Virus record (IMG/VR): IMGVR_UViG_3300024297_000002
DNA from: an uncultured virus (IMG/VR IMGVR_UViG_3300024297_000002)
Lineage: Duplodnaviria; Heunggongvirae; Uroviricota; Caudoviricetes
Length of the DNA: 64,000 nucleotides
Reading direction: 5' to 3' (one strand)
Shown: piece by piece, positions 56,747-64,000 of the stretch
Layout of the letters: the number at the start of each line of letters is the position of its first letter
Numbering within the stretch: position 1 is the first letter of the stretch
Position numbers and translations under genes: made by a program
Notes under the pieces: model-generated
What the model was told of the DNA's origin: nothing
What the model saw: the letters and a program-made list of their open reading frames with translations, nothing else
Databases searched by the model: none

Positions 56747-59700
56747 ATGGCCATTGGTCGTATATCTGGGTCGGTCCTAAAGTCTAACATGACTAGGAAT
56801 GGAGTCGACCTTGCGTTTGAAACAAACCTATTATATCTTGATGTAACTAACTCACGGGTAGGTATTGGCACTTCGGAACCAGCAACAACATTTCACGTAA
56901 ACGGAACAATTAGAGGATCAGGCATTAACGTCAATAATGCTTACACTCTTCCTACATCTGATGGATCAGCAGGACAACAACTAACAACAGATGGTTCTGG
57001 AACTGTTACTTGGGCCGATGTAGATGGTTCATCAAACATATCATTTTCAGGTACAACAATGGCATCAGATGGAGCACTCACTCTTGATGCAACAACAGAC
57101 ATAACACTAGACGCCGGTGGTGCAGATATATTATTAAAAGATGACGGCACAGCATTTGGTGGTTTCTCAAACTCAGGCACAGACCTTGTAATCAAGGCAG
57201 GCACAACACCAACCACAGTTTTAACATTATCGAGCAACGGCTCTGCACAGTTTGAAAATATCAGTATTGCAGACAACACAATAACAACCACAGCATCAAA
57301 CTCAGACTTACAACTGAACACAGCAGGTTCTGGTGTTGTTACATTAAACGGATTGGATGCAATATACGGAAAAATTGAAGGAACAAATTTTACAGGATCA
57401 TTGCTACTGGGTCATGGAACCACAGGCACATTAGATGCGGCTACCAATAATACTGGAGTTGGAATTGGTGCCTTAGATGCATTGACTTCAGGAGATAACA
57501 ACACAGCAGTTGGAACAGATGCCGGTACCGCAGTTTCTACTGGAACAAGAAATACAATGATTGGTGCTGGTGCTGGAGATTCAGTTAATTCTGCAGTTAA
57601 TAACACACTGATAGGAAGTTTGGCCGGTGCCGCAATAGCAAATGCTGGTCATTATAATACACTTATTGGAAAAAGTGCTGGCCAAAGCCTTACTACTGGT
57701 GACGGTAATGTAATTATTGGAGTTGTCGAGGCAGATAGTAATACAGGAAATAGACAATTAAAAATTGCTGGTCACGATGGCACAAACACAACAACTTGGA
57801 TAAAAGGAACAAGCGGCGGCGCAATAACATTTAACAATGCATTTACTTTTCCTTCAGGAGACGGAAGTGCAAATCAAGTTTTACAAACAGACGGGTCTGG
57901 AAACGTAAGTTGGGGGAACGTATCTGTAGACAGTTTGGCAACAGGTGCCATAACATATGACGATAACAAAATTACAGGACAAAGATCAAATGAAAACATA
58001 GAAATTTCGGCCAACGGAACAGGTGTTATTGAAACATCATCAAGCATCATTCCAAAAACTGACAACTCTATTGACTTAGGATCTTCATCTAAAAGATTTA
58101 GAGAAGGTTACTTTGCCGCAGGTACAGTACACATTGGTGATCAAACAATTAAATCAACTGCAACAGGATTTGTATTTTCAGGATCAGTATCAACTAAAGG
58201 TGCTTCATTAACAAAAAATGATGATAGCACTTCAAGTGTTATTAAGAAAACAGGTATTGCTGACTCTGAGTCAACTGTTGAATCGTATGCCACAAGTGTT
58301 AATGATTCTGTGTTGTATTACATAGTAGCACGAGACGAAGTCAATGACATGGTAACTGCACAAAAGGTTACAACAGTTCATAACAACTCGACTGGTTTTG
58401 CATCAACAACACACGTTACAAAAACAGGATCATCGACAGATATGACATTTGATGGTTCTATATCTGGTGGTGCTATGAGATTGAGAGCAACAGGTGGTTC
58501 TTTTTCAAACAGTATTTCAGCATACAAAATAGCACTTGGTGATAATCATTCGTCGGGTACTAGTGGAAATACTGCAATCATTATTAATGCAGATGTTGAC
58601 AGTGCAACAGAAAATTTAGACACATGGGCACACGCATCTTATCGAGGTGCAAAATACTTTATATCAGTAAACGACGAAGCAGATGATGAATTAGAAACAT
58701 TAGAAGCAATGGTTACACACAACGGTTCTGGTGCATTTATTACTGTATACAACAATGTACGTACAGGATCTACCGGTTTAATCACACTTACAGCGGATAT
58801 AAGCGGGGCCAATGTAAGATTGCGTGGTACAGGTAGCAGAGCAAATCTAAACGTAAAAATGCACAGAATATTGCTGGCGGATGACGAAAATGCTTTTACT
58901 GGAAATCAAATGGCAATCATTCCTGCCACTACAATATCGTCTAGTGCAACTGCAATTGATACATTCAACGTAAACGATATACACGGAGCATTCTACTATG
59001 TAACATCAACAATAGCAAATGGCGATTCTTGCATGGCAGAAGTTGTAGTAGCAACCGATGGAACAGATGCATATGCAACAACAGGTCCAATTATCTCGTC
59101 TGAAGGTACAGATCAATTATCATTTGCGGCAACAATATCGGGAGATGTTGTAACAATTAGTGCGGCATCATCAAGTGGTGCTTCAACCACTGTTAATGCT
59201 TACAGAATAAATTTAAAAAGAGATGCTGAAACAAATGTTACGAACACAGTTTCTTTAAATGGTACTCAAACAATATCAGGAGCAAAAACATTCTCAGCAC
59301 CTATTGTTCTCAACACCACAACAACAGATGATTCATTAACAATAACAACAACGGAAGCATCAAACAGTGCGGCACCTGTTATATCATTAAAAAGAAACAG
59401 TTCTAGTCCAGCAGATGCAGATTACCTAGGACAGATAAAATTTAAAGGTGAGAACGATGCTGACCAAGAAGTAAACTATGCAAAAATTTCAGGTAAAATT
59501 TTAGATGCAAGTGACGGGTCTGAGGACGGAATATTAGAATTTGCATTTGCAAAAGGTGGATCACAAAACATATCAGGAAGATTTAGATCAGATTCATTGC
59601 AATTATTAAACGAAACAAGTTTTAGAGTAGCAGGGGGTCATGCAGAATTTGGTGTATTGGCAAGTGATCCTGGAGGATCGGCCGGTTATGCAAAAATATA

Positions 59701-59905
59701 TGCCAAAGACGAATCTTCAAGTGCTGAAATGTTTGTGCAAGACGAAGCAGGAAACGTTACTAAAATATCTCCACACAACGAAGAAGGTGAGTGGGAATAC
59801 TATTCAAGAAATACAAAAACAGGCAAAACTGTAAGGGTGAACATGGAAGAAATGATCCGAGATATTGAAAAACTTACAGGTAAATCTTACATCAAAAATA
59901 GTTAA
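56747..59905 (+). CDS. Long fibre/adhesin protein
   Basis: Shared MAIGRISG anchor; LP.SDG..GQ.L.TDGSG...W modules; N..IG..AG (YadA-head-like) repeats; three tandem D.....YR.A.Y.I-type domains. Confidence 0.8.
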   Translation: MAIGRISGSVLKSNMTRNGVDLAFETNLLYLDVTNSRVGIGTSEPATTFHVNGTIRGSGINVNNAYTLPTSDGSAGQQLTTDGSGTVTWADVDGSSNISFSGTTMASDGALTLDATTDITLDAGGADILLKDDGTAFGGFSNSGTDLVIKAGTTPTTVLTLSSNGSAQFENISIADNTITTTASNSDLQLNTAGSGVVTLNGLDAIYGKIEGTNFTGSLLLGHGTTGTLDAATNNTGVGIGALDALTSGDNNTAVGTDAGTAVSTGTRNTMIGAGAGDSVNSAVNNTLIGSLAGAAIANAGHYNTLIGKSAGQSLTTGDGNVIIGVVEADSNTGNRQLKIAGHDGTNTTTWIKGTSGGAITFNNAFTFPSGDGSANQVLQTDGSGNVSWGNVSVDSLATGAITYDDNKITGQRSNENIEISANGTGVIETSSSIIPKTDNSIDLGSSSKRFREGYFAAGTVHIGDQTIKSTATGFVFSGSVSTKGASLTKNDDSTSSVIKKTGIADSESTVESYATSVNDSVLYYIVARDEVNDMVTAQKVTTVHNNSTGFASTTHVTKTGSSTDMTFDGSISGGAMRLRATGGSFSNSISAYKIALGDNHSSGTSGNTAIIINADVDSATENLDTWAHASYRGAKYFISVNDEADDELETLEAMVTHNGSGAFITVYNNVRTGSTGLITLTADISGANVRLRGTGSRANLNVKMHRILLADDENAFTGNQMAIIPATTISSSATAIDTFNVNDIHGAFYYVTSTIANGDSCMAEVVVATDGTDAYATTGPIISSEGTDQLSFAATISGDVVTISAASSSGASTTVNAYRINLKRDAETNVTNTVSLNGTQTISGAKTFSAPIVLNTTTTDDSLTITTTEASNSAAPVISLKRNSSSPADADYLGQIKFKGENDADQEVNYAKISGKILDASDGSEDGILEFAFAKGGSQNISGRFRSDSLQLLNETSFRVAGGHAEFGVLASDPGGSAGYAKIYAKDESSSAEMFVQDEAGNVTKISPHNEEGEWEYYSRNTKTGKTVRVNMEEMIRDIEKLTGKSYIKNS

Positions 59906-60012
59906 TAAACTATATCATTTACGCATACCCGCCATTGCAAAAAAGCAATAGGAAAACGGTGTTTGATATGCTATATATACATGGAACCATTTCATACAAA
60001 GGATATTATTAC

Positions 60013-60198
60013 ATGACCGCAATAGCACAAGCATTGGGTAGAGCACTCAATCTGAATTTTTGGCAAAGTTATTTGCCGACATACTCAAACAATGATCAAC
60101 ATCTTATTCAGTATTTTAAAACTGAATACTCTAAAAATTGGAAACAAGCATACGAATATTACAAAAGTAACGGTTCAATGCCAAAAAATTGGTTTTAG
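60013..60198 (+). CDS. Small hypothetical protein (61 aa; probable start MTAIA)
   Basis: AAAGGA SD before the ATG at 60013; upstream TGCTATATA extended -10-like element. Confidence 0.6.
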   Translation: MTAIAQALGRALNLNFWQSYLPTYSNNDQHLIQYFKTEYSKNWKQAYEYYKSNGSMPKNWF

Positions 60199-60260
60199 GT
60201 GTTTGCCTATCAACTGATATTACGACACAGACAAATAACACAAAGTATTGAATATACTTT

Positions 60261-60692
60261 TTATGTTATAAGATCTAAAATTGTTTGAAGTTTACCCTTA
60301 ATGGATTTATTGTTAAGGGTATTTTTCAACCCAGCGTGTAAATTTTTAGGCCAACATTCAAACGCAGTCCAACAATAACCTGAATGCTCATTGTTTAATT
60401 TAGGAATAAATTCATTTTCAACAGCAAGTAAGTAAGTGTTAAAAGTAAATTTTTGATCGTTTGAAGTAAACAGTTCCAAAGGAATAGTTTTCTTAATAGG
60501 AGGCGTACTGCCAACTTCTTCTGCAATTTCTCTCTGCAAACCTTCAAATGCAGATTCATGGAATTTTGCCATTCCTCCACATAGTCCCCAAAGTCCTTTT
60601 GTTTTGTCGTCGGTTCTTTGTAAGAATAAAAATCTTTTTGTGTTGGTTGCATAAAACAATGCACCTGAACATATTATATTAGTTGGAGACAT
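60261..60692 (-). CDS. Nudix hydrolase
   Basis: Complete Nudix box G-MAKFH-E-SAFEGLQ-RE-IA-EE-VG; LN.EH..Y.W; LH.G. Confidence 0.9.
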   Translation of the reverse strand: MSPTNIICSGALFYATNTKRFLFLQRTDDKTKGLWGLCGGMAKFHESAFEGLQREIAEEVGSTPPIKKTIPLELFTSNDQKFTFNTYLLAVENEFIPKLNNEHSGYCWTAFECWPKNLHAGLKNTLNNKSIKGKLQTILDLIT

Positions 60693-60698
60693 ACTTGT

Positions 60699-60727
60699 AT
60701 TATAGCAAGATTAGTTTTTTAAGTCTA
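60699..60727 (-). promoter_or_regulatory. Sigma70-type promoter for the Nudix gene (leaderless)
   Basis: TAGACT-N17-TATAAT with extended TG; ATG only 6 nt downstream. Confidence 0.6.
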
Positions 60728-62167
60728 TGGATTATTAACGTCAGTACTTGGATCGTATTGTGTACTTCCACCATCTAACACCATTGTCCATTTACCAGCA
60801 ATATAAACACCTTCGTAAGATTTTAACCATTCAATACCATTCCATTTGTATTGTATACCTGTGTTTAAATTAGTGATATAATGTTGTGTTGAATCTGGAT
60901 TTGATGCATCAAAAACCACTGACCATTTTGATGTACTTGAATTGTATTGAATAATGTCGTTTGTACTTGCTTCTATATCTCCCCAAGCAGTTGTTGAATC
61001 ACCTAAATTATCAACAAGCAAATATCTTGTACCATTTGGCACACTAGATCCCGGATCAAAAGTTAAAGGATTTACTATTTTAGTAACATTTGGTAATGCT
61101 GGCGTGTTTGCAGGTATAGTATCACCGTCAATGTTGAACATTAGAATAGAATCATCTAGTGTTGATGTTGCTATTGTTCCTACAATTTCTTTGCCTTCTG
61201 GTGTTTGTAATTTTATTTGACTTACGCCATTTGTTATTTGTCCATATTGATTTAATATTGTGTTCCAATTTAGCGGTGGACCATATGTAGTGAATGCATC
61301 TAATTTATTGCCATGATCAACATTTGTATGATAACCATCACCACCTGTTTTTGCATTATCTCCTGTTGTTCCTAATAGTCTTAATTGGTTTCCTGTAAGC
61401 AACACATGGTATTGTTTTGGAGTAACATAACTTCTCGATATTAATGATCCATCAATTAATCCTTTGTTCATGGCACCTGTGCCTGAATCATCGTAAATGC
61501 TCATAATAATTTTTTGTATAACACCCAGTTTAGAAACTTTGACAGGTGGAGATAACCATATTGGCATTGAAAATTGCATAGTTGCAACATCTATCTCTGT
61601 ATCAGCACCAATTGGTATTGTTCTGTTACTAAAATTTATGCTTGTTAATTCGATATAACTTAGACTTGTCCAGTCGATATAATTGTCAGACTTTTGTATT
61701 TCAAAATCTGGATTGAATAGATATAAAATCTGCTCTAATATTTGCAATTTCATATCTGTATTTGTTGAAAATATATCTGCTGTAACATTTAATCTAAATG
61801 GAGAAGGCATTATTTTTTGTACTGTGTATCCTGCTCCTAATTTATTTGTATATTGTTTGGTAGTTTCGTCGTAATGTCTTTCTTTTAAATGTTGTTTCTC
61901 GATATGATAGGGATTCTGCATTCTTTCTCTATCGTATTCTAAACCGGATATGTATGCGGCTATTCTTGGCGCAGATTGTAAAAAGTTTTCTGATCCATTC
62001 TTGATAATATTTGCAACCTGTCTAGTCATATCTCCGTATACTACCGGAACTTGACGTAGATTAACTTCGCCGTTTTTCCCTTTTCCTTGCTCTATAGAAA
62101 AATTACTCAATACTCTAATAAATTGAGTTACAAATTTTCTAACTTGTCCTTCGTAAAAGTGTAACAT
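60725..62167 (-). CDS. gp15: Tail sheath stabilizer / terminator gp15-like with C-terminal extension
   Basis: FY.GQ.RK...QF.R..SNF; VPV.YGD; P.I..YI..LEYD.ER; P.P..L....DI...NT..KLQI.EQIL..FNP. Confidence 0.8.
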   Translation of the reverse strand: MLHFYEGQVRKFVTQFIRVLSNFSIEQGKGKNGEVNLRQVPVVYGDMTRQVANIIKNGSENFLQSAPRIAAYISGLEYDRERMQNPYHIEKQHLKERHYDETTKQYTNKLGAGYTVQKIMPSPFRLNVTADIFSTNTDMKLQILEQILYLFNPDFEIQKSDNYIDWTSLSYIELTSINFSNRTIPIGADTEIDVATMQFSMPIWLSPPVKVSKLGVIQKIIMSIYDDSGTGAMNKGLIDGSLISRSYVTPKQYHVLLTGNQLRLLGTTGDNAKTGGDGYHTNVDHGNKLDAFTTYGPPLNWNTILNQYGQITNGVSQIKLQTPEGKEIVGTIATSTLDDSILMFNIDGDTIPANTPALPNVTKIVNPLTFDPGSSVPNGTRYLLVDNLGDSTTAWGDIEASTNDIIQYNSSTSKWSVVFDASNPDSTQHYITNLNTGIQYKWNGIEWLKSYEGVYIAGKWTMVLDGGSTQYDPSTDVNNP

Positions 62168-62169
62168 TC

Positions 62170-63339
62170 TTAATTGTCAGCCTTTGGTTTTAATGCATCT
62201 GATAATGATTGTCGTTGTTCAACTGTTAAACCGTTAATTGTTTTTGTTCCAGATGTATTAGTAAATTGTGTTTTGAAATTTTTTCTTGTGTCGTTGTTTG
62301 TTGTTGTTAATCTAATTGAATCTTCTACCTTTATCCATCTTGTACCATCATAACGGAATAATCTATTAGGCAAAAAGTCTGTTCTTAAGAAGTAATCACC
62401 TTTGTTCTTGTCTGTTGCCGGGAAAGAAGTACCAAACCCTGATGGATAACCATTTGGTGCAACACCGTCGCCGTCATAATAAAATCCATAAGAAGAACTT
62501 GCTGGTGTATCTATGGTTGAATTAACAGGTTTATCGTTTGATACTCTGTCTGAATTGTTATTAACATTATCAGTTCTCACATTACCTTTTTCATCAATAG
62601 GAGTAACATAATATTGCTTATAATTAAATCCTGATTTGGGTGCATCTGCTTCTGCTTGATTTATTATTGCATCGTTTATTTCTTTTTCTTTGTTAAATGA
62701 ACTCATGTAACTTGCAAGAGATCCTGTGTCTTTTGCATCACCTAATATATCTTTAAATTCTTGTGAATCTACTAGGGTTTTCATTTTTAATCTTAATAGG
62801 TGTGGCCACCAAGTTTGTGAAAATCCTTCTGCCGCTCTGTTTACATCTTCTACAACATAAAATCTTTTTAATGCAATTGGTATATTTTTATCTAAAGAAA
62901 AATCATCTTTCATGTGAGGGAATTCTATAACATCACCACTCATTGGTTTTCTACCTAATCTTTCAACTGTATCATTTAAATGAACTGTTAAAAATAACGT
63001 ATCGTTCTGTAAGAACATTCCAAACTGAGACAAATTAAAATCAGCATCTTGTACATTATAAATTCCTCTAATTGTGTAAACATCAGGAGAATATTTTCTA
63101 TCTCTGTTTTCTAAAAATAATAAATCTTGTATTGTTAATTCGTTAATTTCGCTACCAGCATAATTAGGTTGAGTAGGGGAAGCATTTCCGTCTTTTTGCA
63201 GTTCTCCCTGGTCATACGGTCCTAAATACTTGTGAATATTTAGGTCAGTTCCGCCGACCTGAAACATCTCATTTATGTTACGATCGTGAAATTTGTAATC
63301 GTTTCCTTTTTCTGGTTTGAATAAAGATAATCTTGGCAT
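62170..63339 (-). CDS. gp14: Neck protein gp14-like (probable start MPRLSL at 63339)
   Basis: IQDLLFLENRDRKY; F.LSQFG.FL..D; GDVIE.PH; YVVEDV..A.EGF; adjacent to gp15 and gp13. Confidence 0.75.
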   Translation of the reverse strand: MPRLSLFKPEKGNDYKFHDRNINEMFQVGGTDLNIHKYLGPYDQGELQKDGNASPTQPNYAGSEINELTIQDLLFLENRDRKYSPDVYTIRGIYNVQDADFNLSQFGMFLQNDTLFLTVHLNDTVERLGRKPMSGDVIEFPHMKDDFSLDKNIPIALKRFYVVEDVNRAAEGFSQTWWPHLLRLKMKTLVDSQEFKDILGDAKDTGSLASYMSSFNKEKEINDAIINQAEADAPKSGFNYKQYYVTPIDEKGNVRTDNVNNNSDRVSNDKPVNSTIDTPASSSYGFYYDGDGVAPNGYPSGFGTSFPATDKNKGDYFLRTDFLPNRLFRYDGTRWIKVEDSIRLTTTNNDTRKNFKTQFTNTSGTKTINGLTVEQRQSLSDALKPKADN

Positions 63340-63383
63340 ATCACACATATTTATTGAAAGCGAACCATGTGGTAAATATGTAT

Positions 63384-64000
63384 ATGTCAGAATTACAAAC
63401 AGGTCAACAAGAGATATTTGATTACGTTAAAAACAGCCTTGGTGAAGGTATGATTGACGTTGAATTGGATCCTAAACATTATCAAACTGCTTTAGAAAGA
63501 GCAATAAACAGATACAGACAAAGATCATCAAATGCTGTTGAAGAATCGTATGCTTTTTTAACACTAAAGAAAAACGAAAACACTTACATTTTACCAGATG
63601 AAGTAATTAACGTAAGAAAGTTATTTAGAAGAACAGTAGGTTCAAGAACTGAAGGCGGAGAAGGTGGAACATTGTTTGAACCATTTAACCTTGCATACAC
63701 AAATACGTATTTGTTAAGAGCAGGAGCAACAGGCGGACTTGCTACATATTTTGCTTTTGCATCATACCAGGAATTAGTGGGAAAATTGTTTGGAAGTTTC
63801 ATACAATTCCATTGGGACGTAGCAACTAAAAAACTTACAATAACACAAAGACCAAGAGCAGACAACGAAACTATACTAATGCACACTGACAACTATAGAC
63901 CAGACATAACATTGTTCAAAGATATCTATTCTAAACCATGGATCAGAGACTATACTTTGGCAGTTGCAAAAACTATGTTAGGTGAAGCAAGAGGAAAATT
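63384..64000 (+). CDS. gp13: Neck protein gp13-like, truncated by the window end (absent from the ORF track)
   Basis: Manual translation MSELQTGQQEIFDYVKNSLGEGMIDVELDPKHYQTALERAINRYRQRSSNAVEE...WIRDYTLAVAKTMLGEARGK; GGTAAATA box 5 nt upstream. Confidence 0.85.
   Translation, partial: MSELQTGQQEIFDYVKNSLGEGMIDVELDPKHYQTALERAINRYRQRSSNAVEESYAFLTLKKNENTYILPDEVINVRKLFRRTVGSRTEGGEGGTLFEPFNLAYTNTYLLRAGATGGLATYFAFASYQELVGKLFGSFIQFHWDVATKKLTITQRPRADNETILMHTDNYRPDITLFKDIYSKPWIRDYTLAVAKTMLGEARGK

Noticed and set aside
44608..59905. Diversity-generating retroelement or invertible fibre cassette
   Set aside because: No reverse transcriptase or recombinase in the window; no near-identical template/variable repeat pair or flanking inverted repeats seen by eye
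1..64000. Stop-codon reassignment, tRNA genes, inteins
   Set aside because: Core genes are full length in the standard code and TAG is used as a real stop; no tRNA cloverleaf or intein motifs noticed by eye, though not computationally excluded

Overview
The window is a 64 kb segment of an AT-rich, large T4-like (contractile-tailed) phage genome, probably marine; an alphaproteobacterial host is a weak inference from promoter style. It is mostly the virion morphogenesis region. 1-27 kb (minus strand) is a baseplate and fibre operon: two fibre proteins, a 4292-aa giant wedge/adhesin, gp6, gp25, gp5, a hub protein, gp53 and a tube initiator. 27-31 kb encodes late sigma gp55, gp47/gp46 and a histone-H1-like protein. 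Next come a GIY-YIG nuclease, a ~430 nt non-coding highly structured locus, a tail-chaperone pair with an apparent -1 frameshift and the tape measure. The head module follows (gp20 portal, gp21, gp22, gp23), then a cluster of modular fibre/appendage proteins, a Nudix hydrolase and the neck/terminator genes gp15, gp14 and gp13 (gp13 truncated by the window end). The most interesting observations are: (1) a promoter-bearing, pseudoknotted ncRNA candidate at 31.8-32.2 kb, back-to-back with the GIY-YIG gene; (2) a lambda G/GT-style -1 frameshift in a T4-like phage; (3) many apparently leaderless late transcripts; (4) a gp55 promoter overlapped by antisense late promoters; (5) Maf-like and SGNH-like enzymes inside the structural modules, suggesting virion glycosylation. 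All calls come from reading motifs by eye; no searches or folding computations were run.
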